From a virus (lineage: Duplodnaviria; Caudoviricetes), in the IMG/VR virus record IMGVR_UViG_3300010048_000019, positions 1 to 41,465 of that record: a stretch of 41,465 nucleotides of DNA, one strand, 5' to 3'. Below, piece after piece: positions 24,057-33,512 of this stretch; the first letter of the stretch is position 1, and each line of letters begins with the position of its first letter. A program made the position numbers and the translations under genes. The notes beneath the pieces were generated by a model. That model was given only the letters and a program-made list of their open reading frames with translations. It was not told the origin of the DNA and ran no database searches.

Positions 24057-25507
24057 TATTGAGTTCCTGCCATTCTCGTACCGCCCCAGCCACGATAAAG
24101 CTGGATATGAACTGGATCAGTGTAGAACGCGCGGCCTGGTAAGAACTCTAGTCCGAAGCGGCTTCTAAGCACACCAGACTCATGCCATTGTCTCAGCAGG
24201 CTTAGGACAGCGCCCCGTCTTAGATCAGCCGCTTGGCCCAACTGGTGACGGCTCCGCCCAGGAGGAGCGGCGAGTCCACCTCCGCCATGAGGCATGTAGG
24301 TCTGACCTTGCCACGTTACTGGTCGGCGAGTGTAGTTCGCGTAATACTGTGCTTGTCTGTGCGAGTCACGGTAGGCGTCATTGATGGTTACTTTCTCGCC
24401 TGTCTGTGCTTCAGCCGCGCGAATGGCTGTCTCGAGTCTACTCGCGAAGTTTGGTGCCAGCCCACTCGTATCGACACCACTTCCTGCACGAGCAGAGAGG
24501 AACGAACTGCCGGGACTACCTGGATGAGCAACAGGAGCGTCCTCATCATCGTGAGTGTAGCTGGCTAGATTGTATAGTCCACTGCCAGTCGTCTCGCTTT
24601 TCTTCTGCGGTTGAGTCGTTGGCTTGGTTTGCGGGAGGGTTGATCCTGGCACTGGAGTGAAGTTCCCGTGAGAGGCCTGATCCGTAGCATTACCAAGTTC
24701 TCTCTCACGAATAACCTTGCTCAAGTAATCAAACTCCGTTCCTAATATATGACTTTGATCTTCGTGATCCTTGTTATACAGCTTACCCAAGATGTCCTTC
24801 GCGCGTGCAGTATCATGAGTCGGTCCATTCACTAAGTCTGTTATGATTTTTCTGGCAACAGCACCCATCTGCGTTTTAGCATGAAAGTCCCGTGCTTCTG
24901 GCGCTACCTTGCTAATCTCAGCCTCACGAGCTATGTTAGCTTTAATCTGAGCGAAGTTCTTTTGGACAGTTGCATCGTCACTGATGTTAGCCATTGTATT
25001 GTCCATCAGCGTAGCGGTTTGTCCTTGAAGAGAGCTGACCGTATACTTCTGTCCATTCTCCACCGTCGTGGTCACAGCTGTATTGATGTGGTTCCTGACG
25101 TTGTAGAGAGTCTGTCGATCGTATTGAGTCTTCTGGTTAGGACTCATATTGGCAGAGCCCTGATTTGTTAAATCCTTGACTCTTTGGAGGAACTGAGGAA
25201 GTTGCTTCTGCTGTTCAGGCACTGGGAGCTTTTTGAACTCTTCCGTCTCAGCGGCAAGTTGTGTGAAGTTGTCAGTCACAGCGTTGTTGACAGTCGCCTC
25301 GTCCTTGAAATTCTGGATATTGTAGAAAGACTCTGCTGTCTTATCTAAGCCCTGACCAATCTTCTCTAACCCAGCCCCGATTGAGCTGCCAAACATCACT
25401 GGATCGGTGTGTATGTCTATTGGACGCGAACCAGGCCCATACGATTCCATATGGTAGAACTGACTCGGCTGATCCCCTCCGCCGGGATCATAAGGTATTC
25501 TTGGCAT
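24056..25507 (-). CDS. internal virion protein with C-terminal M15 (VanY-like) peptidoglycan peptidase
   Basis: Helical N-terminal part; INDAYR...Q, AAPPGRSRHQLGQAADL (SxHxxGxAxD), DPVHIQ. Confidence 0.82.
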   Translation of the reverse strand: MPRIPYDPGGGDQPSQFYHMESYGPGSRPIDIHTDPVMFGSSIGAGLEKIGQGLDKTAESFYNIQNFKDEATVNNAVTDNFTQLAAETEEFKKLPVPEQQKQLPQFLQRVKDLTNQGSANMSPNQKTQYDRQTLYNVRNHINTAVTTTVENGQKYTVSSLQGQTATLMDNTMANISDDATVQKNFAQIKANIAREAEISKVAPEARDFHAKTQMGAVARKIITDLVNGPTHDTARAKDILGKLYNKDHEDQSHILGTEFDYLSKVIRERELGNATDQASHGNFTPVPGSTLPQTKPTTQPQKKSETTGSGLYNLASYTHDDEDAPVAHPGSPGSSFLSARAGSGVDTSGLAPNFASRLETAIRAAEAQTGEKVTINDAYRDSHRQAQYYANYTRRPVTWQGQTYMPHGGGGLAAPPGRSRHQLGQAADLRRGAVLSLLRQWHESGVLRSRFGLEFLPGRAFYTDPVHIQLYRGWGGTRMAGTQ

Positions 25508-25516
25508 AACCTACTC

Positions 25517-26059
25517 CTACGTAAATGCGCTAGGCGCACCGCCACTACTACCACCAGAATATTGATACCACTTGCCTGCGACTGATCCGCCAGCGCCAAT
25601 CAAATCGCCAGCCGCGGTGAAGTAACTTCCAGTTATAGCTTGCTGAGCTCCAAACTGATCTAGCCCTGCTTGAGCACTACTTCCAAACGCCGCCACCTGA
25701 TAGTTGTATGCCTTCCTCGCTGCGTCCGCCCGCGCGAGCGACTCATTATAAACACCGAGCTTTTCCGCACTCGCGCTGACATCTGCCGCTGATCCCGAGC
25801 CAACATCAAGGTTCCCAGCGCCTTGTTGCGCGACGATAGCTCCTACGTTCGCCTTAGTCTTTATTCCCTGCTCTTGCGCTGCAACCTCGCCCTTCTTCGT
25901 CTCATACGCAGCCTGCTGGCTTGCGATCGTAGCATTTGCTTGCGCGACCTGAGCCTGATAGGTCATCATATTCGACTGGGCCTGACCCTGCTCCATAGCG
26001 CCCATAGCGCCGAATACTCCACCAAGGAGCGAAGCGCCCATCGCAACCATTGCCATCAC
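25517..26059 (-). CDS. small internal virion core protein (T7 gp14-analogous)
   Basis: Ala/Gly/Gln-rich with hydrophobic Gly-rich termini; position after the gp13-like gene. Confidence 0.75.
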   Translation of the reverse strand: MMAMVAMGASLLGGVFGAMGAMEQGQAQSNMMTYQAQVAQANATIASQQAAYETKKGEVAAQEQGIKTKANVGAIVAQQGAGNLDVGSGSAADVSASAEKLGVYNESLARADAARKAYNYQVAAFGSSAQAGLDQFGAQQAITGSYFTAAGDLIGAGGSVAGKWYQYSGGSSGGAPSAFT

Positions 26060-26493
26060 TTCCTCCTAATCTCAAAAGCCTGGTATCCGAGATAAGTCGA
26101 GCCGAATGTGGCACCAAATAACTTGAGCCACTTCTTAGACCTCTCGTCCTCGCACAGGCCTACTAATCTACTATACCTCTTAAGCATCTCCGTCATAGCG
26201 TCTTTCGTGCAATGCAGAAACAGCACGGGATACTTCCGTACTACGTCCGTTGTCAGCGACCAAATATATGCTTCATCTGCCGTCATATCTCTGGGAGTCA
26301 GTCCCCAGATGCAAGCAGTTTCCCCATTGCAAGTCGCTACCCAAGCCTCGTTGCTGTTCCTCATTGCACTCTCTACAACAGCTTTTGAGACCCTATCATG
26401 CTCATATTCAGTCCCAACCAGCAAGCCCAGCACGTCCGTGAAGCCGTACACTCGGCGAATCGCACAATGCTGTCCTGCCGTCTCTATCTTCAC
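26056..26493 (-). CDS. GNAT-fold virion assembly protein (T7 gp13-like)
   Basis: ACIWGL...YIWSLTT...SKKWLKLFGATF; canonical position after tail tubular B. Confidence 0.7.
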   Translation of the reverse strand: MKIETAGQHCAIRRVYGFTDVLGLLVGTEYEHDRVSKAVVESAMRNSNEAWVATCNGETACIWGLTPRDMTADEAYIWSLTTDVVRKYPVLFLHCTKDAMTEMLKRYSRLVGLCEDERSKKWLKLFGATFGSTYLGYQAFEIRRK

Positions 26494-29096
26494 CTTCTAC
26501 CTCCGGCGCCGCCAGACGTGTCTCCGACAACCACTTCAGGAATAATACCCAGTATGGTTGCTGGCACAGGATCATTCACCTGCATACACACCTGCCCCGG
26601 TACATCATACAGCGGATCGAGCTTAAAGTAGGCATCGCCCGTCACGAGCGGGGGTGCCCAATACCCAGGCTGCACGATGTTCGAGTTGAAGTCCTTTACC
26701 GGAGTCAGCGTGTTCCACGTTCGCCCGGCTAACACTCCGCGAGTCTCGAGCGCACGAATGCTTACACTCGGCAACGCCTTGCGCTTCCCTTGGATCGTGG
26801 GCTCACCAGCGTCCAGATACATCGTCTTAAGCTGACAACTGTAGGGCAGACCTGCGATGACGTTAGTGGCTGGCGTTGTCAGCGTTATCTTGCCATTCGT
26901 GACAACTTGCTGTGGCTGCACAACACCATCTGCTAGGATCGAGACAGTCTGTCCTTCGAGGTGATCCAGTCCATAGAAGATCGTGTTGGGCGAAGCCGCT
27001 GACCACTGTCCCGGTGGGTATGGAGGCAGGAACGCTTCGACCTCTGGCTCCTCCGTTATCTCAAGTGGTGGCTGCAACCAGACACCCGTTACCACGATAC
27101 TTGAAATATATCCTGTCACTCGAATGATCCCGCCGTCAGCGCGGATAATAACGCCGCCAGCCCACCCTGAGCTGAACACAGCCTGATCGCTTGAGCATGT
27201 CACTGGCCCGCTCTGCGAGGACAACGTGAGCGTAGTCTGCGGGAACCAAAGCGCCGTCTGCTTTCCGGCGTCAACGCAGAACGCGCTCTCCACGCCGTAG
27301 TCGAAAATCCGCTCACTCATTCGCTCAATCATCTGAACGAGCTGACCCTGGATCTGCCGCTGCACCACAACGTACAGCACATCAAGGTTGCCCTCGCGAA
27401 CTGTACAGCACGATTTGAAGAGACCCGCGGTATCGTGGTGAGCCCATCCAATCATCTCTTGCTCTTTTACATAAGTAAGGGAGAGCATATCGCCGTCAGT
27501 CCTGACAATCCAAACAATCTTCCACGGCTCTTCCGCCCAGGCCCATTCAGTAATCGTATAGTTGAAGAACAGGTGGTTAGACATAATGGATATGTCAGCG
27601 CCGGTATAAATGTTAGCGTAGATGTTATAAGAGAGATCCCTGACAATCGAGCCCTTCGACTGGACATATAAGATGTCGTAGTTGACAACGATCGGTGGAA
27701 TATAACTTGCGCCATTATATGCCTGCGGAGTAGCTGTAGCATTACCCGGAGTAACAGCCGATGTAGTAGCCAGTCCACCCTGCCCAGACGATAAGACCCA
27801 GGCCCCCGCGGCCGTGAGCAGCACTAGCCCACTAGGCATGGGCAGCATTGATTTTATCGCGTTAATCTGTAAGCTAACGAGCGTACCTGTGATCGCGTCG
27901 CTGTCAACGACCGGGTCGGAGGTGTTGAAGTTGTTATAGATGCCTGGCTGTGAAGCCCAGAAGGTCGTTGGGTATTGTGTCGAGCCAGCGTAATACGCGC
28001 GTTGCTGGAAATAGCATCCGCAGCCTGGATAGTTGTTATTAGCGAAGGGGTTCTTCACTACAGGCGGTGACTGAGAGAAGTCAGGCACAATGTTCGAGTC
28101 AGTGAACTGCGTTCCAGTGACTGACCCAACAAACCCATAGGCCGCACCCGAGGGAGGCGCTGCATTGAACGAGGGCTCAGCCTTATAGATGTTGTATTGA
28201 ACTGCGCCGGAGGAAGCGTCCCAGCCAAGTGTGATCGTTCCAGCTGTCGCGCTGATATTCACTGCGTTCGCAATATTACCTGGATTGCTCGCGACACTCT
28301 CTTGATTGTTAATATCGACTGCCGTTACGACGTAGCTGTAGAATGTCGAGCCGCCTGACGTCGTAGCGATATAGTTCACATTCGGTGGTGGGACAGTCGT
28401 CCCAAAACTCACAGAGCTGAAGAACCAGTTATTGTAGGCCACCGCTTGCAGCGTGGTGACTGGATACGACGGATGGACCAGCGTCATCACGCTTTGCAGC
28501 TGGAAAAACTTCAGCAGCGCGAGGTCCTGGTAAGAGTACTGTGAGTTGATTGTGTAGACCCGCGCGACCGACCCATTATTCGCTGTATACGCTCCATAGC
28601 CAGTCCCGTCAACTGGATGGCCGTCTGTCGTATAGAGTTCCAGCTCGATCCCGCTCACTGTTCCTATAGTGAACATGCGGCCGTCTAGCTGCGGGACGCC
28701 AGTGCCGGTTATATAAATCGACTGCCCTGCGGTATAGCTATGCCCTGGCACGTCAATCCATGCAGGATTTTCGTGATAGAACATGCTGATCGCCAAGTAC
28801 CCTTCCAGTACTGGCGCACCATTCGTATAGAAGCGGCAATACTCGTGGCCAAACTCGATCACGAACGTGGAGTCAGCGGACAGCTGATATGGAATAAGCC
28901 TCGTTGCATAATTACCATAGACACAATGATTGCAGAACTCAAAGCCTGGACGTGTGCTCGCACCACTCCTATGATCGACAAAGAAGTTCCGCATTACCGC
29001 GGCACCGTCTTTGTACTTAGGAATGTCAGTTCTTGCGAGGAGGCTTGGCGCCAGCTCTCCGGCAGAGAATGAATGTTGGATAATATTGTCTGCCAT
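26490..29096 (-). CDS. tail tubular protein B (nozzle)
   Basis: Begins MADNIIQHSFSAGELAPSLLARTD...NFFV...GASTRPG; YPGCGCYFQQR, WASQPG, GWAHHDT, GLDHLEGQTV, AGLPY; start reset to ATG 29096. Confidence 0.88.
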   Translation of the reverse strand: MADNIIQHSFSAGELAPSLLARTDIPKYKDGAAVMRNFFVDHRSGASTRPGFEFCNHCVYGNYATRLIPYQLSADSTFVIEFGHEYCRFYTNGAPVLEGYLAISMFYHENPAWIDVPGHSYTAGQSIYITGTGVPQLDGRMFTIGTVSGIELELYTTDGHPVDGTGYGAYTANNGSVARVYTINSQYSYQDLALLKFFQLQSVMTLVHPSYPVTTLQAVAYNNWFFSSVSFGTTVPPPNVNYIATTSGGSTFYSYVVTAVDINNQESVASNPGNIANAVNISATAGTITLGWDASSGAVQYNIYKAEPSFNAAPPSGAAYGFVGSVTGTQFTDSNIVPDFSQSPPVVKNPFANNNYPGCGCYFQQRAYYAGSTQYPTTFWASQPGIYNNFNTSDPVVDSDAITGTLVSLQINAIKSMLPMPSGLVLLTAAGAWVLSSGQGGLATTSAVTPGNATATPQAYNGASYIPPIVVNYDILYVQSKGSIVRDLSYNIYANIYTGADISIMSNHLFFNYTITEWAWAEEPWKIVWIVRTDGDMLSLTYVKEQEMIGWAHHDTAGLFKSCCTVREGNLDVLYVVVQRQIQGQLVQMIERMSERIFDYGVESAFCVDAGKQTALWFPQTTLTLSSQSGPVTCSSDQAVFSSGWAGGVIIRADGGIIRVTGYISSIVVTGVWLQPPLEITEEPEVEAFLPPYPPGQWSAASPNTIFYGLDHLEGQTVSILADGVVQPQQVVTNGKITLTTPATNVIAGLPYSCQLKTMYLDAGEPTIQGKRKALPSVSIRALETRGVLAGRTWNTLTPVKDFNSNIVQPGYWAPPLVTGDAYFKLDPLYDVPGQVCMQVNDPVPATILGIIPEVVVGDTSGGAGGRR

Positions 29097-29134
29097 CAGC
29101 AAGATATTCCTAGAAACTCGCCACGATACCGACC

Positions 29135-29962
29135 TCAATACATTGTTAAAGTACTGCCCCAATCGAACATGATATTCGGAGTCCAGCCCATATCAGTTGG
29201 GTAATCAACTCCGCGTATCCTGATCCAGTCGGGCGTGACATCGTTCTTAGTCAAGCCCTCATTCCCATCCACGCTTCGGGCAGCTTGGATCTGACTGTTG
29301 GCTTCTTGGAGTTTCAAATTAGCTAGTGCCTTGTCTCCGGTTAGTTGAAACACAGTCCTTCCCGCGAGGGCCGCGGCCCAGCAGTTAACGAACTGCGAGT
29401 CCATGATATTCGGGTCGGTGATCTGCCGATTGTAACAGAGGATCGCGTCCTCTTGGCTAGTCCAAATCACCTTCGTGTCCACTCCCACCGCCGGGGCTAC
29501 AGGTGGCTTCCCTGTCGATGGGTCTATCTGATCTACCCCGACAGCGAACCGTACAGGTGGACCCTGCCAGAACGATGGTGCTCCGCCTGTGATAGCCGTC
29601 GTTATAGGCACTCCAGACGCGAAACCGGTAGTGAACTGTGGTACGATGTACCTTGGTCTTAGGCACAGCGGCGGCATCAGGTACTCGTAGGCCCACGGCG
29701 GGGGCGGTATGCCTTTTCCCCATGTTGTCATTCCTGTAGTTGGGTTCTCTGGAGTCCCTGGTGCTGCGCAAGCTAAGACAAGATTGTCGAAAGTCGTCAC
29801 GCAGTTCCAGGGTGCCATTCGGATGATTTCATCCCTGACCGGCTCTAGCCAGGTGCTAACCGCACGTGCCTCGTTCGAGTTCTCAGTAAGAGAGGCAATG
29901 GTTGATCGAGTCCCTAACAAGGCCAACGCGCGGTTAGCAATATCGACCTCAGAGATAGGCAT
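29135..29962 (-). CDS. tail tubular protein A (adaptor)
   Basis: SEVDIANRALALLG...I.SL.E.S.EA...WNC...WAYEYLMP..CLR...D..F..C.AA.LA. Confidence 0.85.
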   Translation of the reverse strand: MPISEVDIANRALALLGTRSTIASLTENSNEARAVSTWLEPVRDEIIRMAPWNCVTTFDNLVLACAAPGTPENPTTGMTTWGKGIPPPPWAYEYLMPPLCLRPRYIVPQFTTGFASGVPITTAITGGAPSFWQGPPVRFAVGVDQIDPSTGKPPVAPAVGVDTKVIWTSQEDAILCYNRQITDPNIMDSQFVNCWAAALAGRTVFQLTGDKALANLKLQEANSQIQAARSVDGNEGLTKNDVTPDWIRIRGVDYPTDMGWTPNIMFDWGSTLTMY

Positions 29963-30159
29963 CAGTGGTGTCCTTGTGGTCCACAGCCGTGGTTAGTGCC
30001 ATGCAGGCCCGGACCCTCATCGCTTTGACTTGTGGGGCCTTTTGGCTTTGCATAGTCGAGAGTCTTTGCGCTTGTCACGCCCCCGCTCTTTGCGCGAGGC
30101 GCTTGAGGCTTGTCGACGTCGCGACCGTAGTCGCTTAGTATGTCGTGTCCTGACTTCAT
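29962..30159 (-). CDS. small hypothetical protein ending HGCGPQGHH
   Basis: 65-aa ORF coupled to both neighbours. Confidence 0.65.
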   Translation of the reverse strand: MKSGHDILSDYGRDVDKPQAPRAKSGGVTSAKTLDYAKPKGPTSQSDEGPGLHGTNHGCGPQGHH

Positions 30160-30530
30160 CCTGCTTTGCTCCTTGTGTCACGCGGCTGGATCGGTGGCGC
30201 CGGAGGAGGGGACTCTTTAGCTTCCTTCTCCGCCGCTTCCTTTGCAGCCTTCGCATCTTTCGCCTGAGCTTCGAGAAGCTTCTTGCTATGCTCCTCGGTT
30301 TCTTCGGCATCAGTCTCCTCTTGTTTCAGTTCGAGTGCGCTAAGCTCACGGCTCAGCGAACCCATAATGTGGCTAAGCCTCGGGAAGCCCGCGAGACCAT
30401 CGACCGCCTTCACCAGCTTACTCACGCGCTCAGCGTCGACGGGCGACTTATACTTCTTCGCGTCCTCCATGTCCTCCTCAGCGAGCTTCTGTACCTCGGT
30501 GAGATGTTCCTCTTCTTTCTTCGCAGCCAT
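30156..30530 (-). CDS. charged coiled-coil hypothetical protein
   Basis: 124-aa Glu/Lys/Ala-rich coupled ORF. Confidence 0.65.
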   Translation of the reverse strand: MAAKKEEEHLTEVQKLAEEDMEDAKKYKSPVDAERVSKLVKAVDGLAGFPRLSHIMGSLSRELSALELKQEETDAEETEEHSKKLLEAQAKDAKAAKEAAEKEAKESPPPAPPIQPRDTRSKAG

Positions 30531-30730
30531 CAGTGTCTCCCTTGGCTACCCGACTTGTGACAATCACAAGCCTTATCCTTAGGTGCCTCGTACCCTCGCC
30601 CCTCATAGAGCGAAGATTTCTTGTAAGCCAAGAGTGACCCAATCTGACTCACGGCAGTCTCACTGACCGCTTTCGACTTGGGTTCCGTCTTTGGCTCCGT
30701 TGTGCTTCGACTCGCTTGGCCTTGCTTCAT
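30530..30730 (-). CDS. small hypothetical protein ending HKSGSQGRH
   Basis: GAGGAG RBS; 66 aa; TGATG-coupled downstream. Confidence 0.65.
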   Translation of the reverse strand: MKQGQASRSTTEPKTEPKSKAVSETAVSQIGSLLAYKKSSLYEGRGYEAPKDKACDCHKSGSQGRH

Positions 30731-31100
30731 CAGTTCTACTCCTCTTTGTTAGTTGCCTTGTGTGATCCCAGCGGTTCTCAGGATCTTCCGCCATCTCCCG
30801 GCGGATTTTCTCGAAGGTCCCCGCGTCCTTGTACAGGTCATTCAGAATCTGCCTGTACCTGTCATCACACCTGTTCGCCTCGTCCTTAACGTGAGGTGGC
30901 GCCTCATGGCCAGTCTCACGATACATGCTCAGCATATCGTGAACGTCGTGCATATACATCGCGAATCGTCTCATCCGCTCCGGTACCTCTGCCTCAGCCT
31001 CGACAGTCGCGTTCACGAACTGTGAGGTCAACTGACGGATCGACGTCAGCTCGCGGCGGATGTTTTGCAGCTCTCCAAGAATCTGTTCGTCTATGTTCAT
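30660..31100 (-). CDS. hypothetical protein
   Basis: 146-aa helical ORF, ATGA-coupled. Confidence 0.7.
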   Translation of the reverse strand: MNIDEQILGELQNIRRELTSIRQLTSQFVNATVEAEAEVPERMRRFAMYMHDVHDMLSMYRETGHEAPPHVKDEANRCDDRYRQILNDLYKDAGTFEKIRREMAEDPENRWDHTRQLTKRSRTDEARPSESKHNGAKDGTQVESGQ

Positions 31101-31252
31101 TTCTTTTTCTTCTTCCTGAGGATGCCAGTCTTGGCATCGGCTTGATTAAACTCCTTCGCGACCTTTGGCGGTACTCCTACCTTCTTCGCGAAGGCTGGAT
31201 TATGTGCCGCCCCAGCCATGAGTCGCGCCTGTGCAGGCGATTTACTAGGCAT
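31097..31252 (-). CDS. small basic phage protein (51 aa)
   Basis: MPSKSPAQARLMAGAAHNPAFAKKVGVPPKVAKEFNQADAKTGILRKKKKK*; below the ORF-track cutoff; GGAG RBS, ATGA-coupled. Confidence 0.75.
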   Translation of the reverse strand: MPSKSPAQARLMAGAAHNPAFAKKVGVPPKVAKEFNQADAKTGILRKKKKK

Positions 31253-31254
31253 AG

Positions 31255-32676
31255 CTAACTCCAACTAATCGAGACACTACCATCGCCACCAGACTGTCCA
31301 TCCCCACTACCTAAACCGCCCGAGCCAACACTCACCGCAACGCTCGAGCCCAGCGCGGTCCACGAGTAGAACGTGCTAGTGCACAGTCCACCAGCGCCAC
31401 CAACGCCTCCATCATCCGCACCGCCAGGGCCTAAGCCACCTACACCACCAGCTCCGCCAGCACCACCACCACCTGTAGTAACGTTGCCTCCAGAGCCGCC
31501 GCTAGCGCTGCCAGGCACCTGGTACGTTCCACCGCCGCCACCACCATACGCTACAACGCTACCAAACCCACTGTCACCGCCAGGATTTCCTGACGAAGGA
31601 ATAGAGCTGTTATCACCGGGATCACCACCTCCGCCACCACCACCACCTCCCGCCACGGTAATACTCAGCGAATTAAACGGTTGCACTGGCCAGTTGTACG
31701 AGCCAGGTCCCCAACTCGCGCTGCCAGGTATCACTTGATTGGTGACTGTGATCCCATTCGACGATCCGCTGATTACGCCGTCCGAGACACTAATCACCCA
31801 AGTCCCATTCGTTCGTACCGTTCCACTAAACGTCCTCGACCCACCTGGCAACGTAGAGCTACCAGGCACTGTGCCAGCGCCATCAGAGCACGAGAAGTTG
31901 ATCGCGCCTGCGTAAGTCGATACAACACTATTGAAGGCGTTCAGCGCGGACACCGTGAAGCTGAAGGCGACTCCTGATGATGCAGTGCTCGGCGCAGACA
32001 CAGCGAAGTGGGTCGCGATGTTCGGGTTAGGTCCAACAGCGATAGCAGTTGATGTGCCAGTGATCGAGCCCACTAACATGTCAGTCACTGTAATCGTCTG
32101 ATTGCCAGGCGTGTTGAACGCGCAGGTGAAGTTCGCGCTGCCACCAGGCACTGTCGAGTTGAAGGGGAGCGTGGCGGTGCCGTCGGAGCTTGAAAACCGG
32201 ACCGTGCCAGCGTAGCCCGTCGCGACAGCGCCGGTTGATGTGAGGGCAGTCACTGTGATCTGGAACGACTGGCTAGCGTTGACAGAGGCTGGCCCAGTGA
32301 CAGAGAAGTGCGTCGCGCCCGCGGCTGGCACCGTTACAGTCGCCGCGCTCGATGTACCGCTCACCCCGGCGTTGATAGTATCCGTCGCTGTAACCACCTG
32401 TGATCCGACAGTATTGAACGTCACACTGAAGGTACCAACGCCACTAATCAGTGTACTATTAGTGGGGAGTACCGCGGCAGAGTCAGAACTAGTGAACTTA
32501 ACTGAACCTGTATAGCTGGCGACAGTCGCGCCCGATGCATTGAGCGCCATCACGGTGTAAGATACTGGCACACCAGTGTAGGCTGATCCCGGTCCCGTCA
32601 CAGAGAAGTGCGTGACGCCCGCGACTATCGCAGACGCAGGAGGCACCATAAAGTGAGCCAAGCCAGGCAACGGCAT
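31255..32676 (-). CDS. adhesin-like protein: three Ig-like repeats + glycine-rich C-terminal domain
   Basis: Three ~95-aa repeats beginning THFSVTGP / THFSVTGP / THFAVSAP with Y.G...F.SSD...LP, then a poly-Gly domain ending GGDGSVSISWS. Confidence 0.78.
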   Translation of the reverse strand: MPLPGLAHFMVPPASAIVAGVTHFSVTGPGSAYTGVPVSYTVMALNASGATVASYTGSVKFTSSDSAAVLPTNSTLISGVGTFSVTFNTVGSQVVTATDTINAGVSGTSSAATVTVPAAGATHFSVTGPASVNASQSFQITVTALTSTGAVATGYAGTVRFSSSDGTATLPFNSTVPGGSANFTCAFNTPGNQTITVTDMLVGSITGTSTAIAVGPNPNIATHFAVSAPSTASSGVAFSFTVSALNAFNSVVSTYAGAINFSCSDGAGTVPGSSTLPGGSRTFSGTVRTNGTWVISVSDGVISGSSNGITVTNQVIPGSASWGPGSYNWPVQPFNSLSITVAGGGGGGGGGDPGDNSSIPSSGNPGGDSGFGSVVAYGGGGGGTYQVPGSASGGSGGNVTTGGGGAGGAGGVGGLGPGGADDGGVGGAGGLCTSTFYSWTALGSSVAVSVGSGGLGSGDGQSGGDGSVSISWS

Positions 32677-33512
32677 TAAGCGAAATTCCCTGCAAACGTA
32701 CAGTCCATCTCACTCGCCGATCGACAGACGTAAGAGATTATGTCGACAGCATTTGGCGCGGTTGATAGAGTCGGCTTTACTCCTCCTGGAAACTTGTACT
32801 GATTGCCCCAAGTAACTGTCCGGTTCCCGATCGAGTCCTGCACAAGAAAGAACACGCCCGACTGTCCCGGCTTCATCGAGAGCGGATTGTTTGCTGTGCT
32901 CGCCCCGGTTAAAAGCCAGCTGAAGTTGATCCCAGCATTAAGCGTCGGTGTCACGACTGTTCCACTCAGCGTGGCGGGGACCGCCGCCGCCCAGACCTGA
33001 TCCGTTGTAAGCAGCAGACTGACCGCGTTCCCGAGGAACTGAGCGGTCGATGCTATGGCTGCCGCGGCGAGCTTAACGAAGGTGACAGCGCCGTTAGTAA
33101 TAGATGTGTTAACTAACCCAGTTGAAGGACCGCCGACAACATCTCCTTCCAGCTGGACAGCACCGCCAGCGTTGATCACCTGTTGATCGACATAGTTTTT
33201 CGTCGCGGCCTGACTCGGATTGCTTGCCGTTACTGGATCGCCAGCGAGGATAATGTTCCCCGTCATAGTCCCACCAGCCAAGGCCAGCTTCTTCGCATCG
33301 AGTTCGTTCAGCGCGGACTGGACGTTGGAGCTGGATATCCCGCCCCCAGAGGATGCGTTCGGAACACTCGTAACACCACCAGCCTGTATTACCGTCCCTG
33401 CAGGAGGCGGCGAGACAATAGTCCAGTGACCGCCGGTCCAAGTGTACATCACACCATTTGGCGCTGTGAACTGTTGGCCGACTATCGGAGAGCTTGGGAA
33501 GTCTATAGCCAT
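32676..33512 (-). CDS. tail fibre protein 4
   Basis: N-terminal IDFPSSPIVGQ...YTWTGGHW; NVQSALNELD, LAGGTMTG, ATKNYVD fibre motifs; C-terminal PTLSTAPNAVDIISY domain. Confidence 0.8.
   Translation of the reverse strand: MAIDFPSSPIVGQQFTAPNGVMYTWTGGHWTIVSPPPAGTVIQAGGVTSVPNASSGGGISSSNVQSALNELDAKKLALAGGTMTGNIILAGDPVTASNPSQAATKNYVDQQVINAGGAVQLEGDVVGGPSTGLVNTSITNGAVTFVKLAAAAIASTAQFLGNAVSLLLTTDQVWAAAVPATLSGTVVTPTLNAGINFSWLLTGASTANNPLSMKPGQSGVFFLVQDSIGNRTVTWGNQYKFPGGVKPTLSTAPNAVDIISYVCRSASEMDCTFAGNFA

Noticed and set aside
31373-31738. Proline-rich + strand ORF, and other + strand ORFs across 17200-41300
   Set aside because: These are antisense shadows of Gly-rich or GC-biased late genes; the minus-strand genes tile the region with coupled starts and stops.
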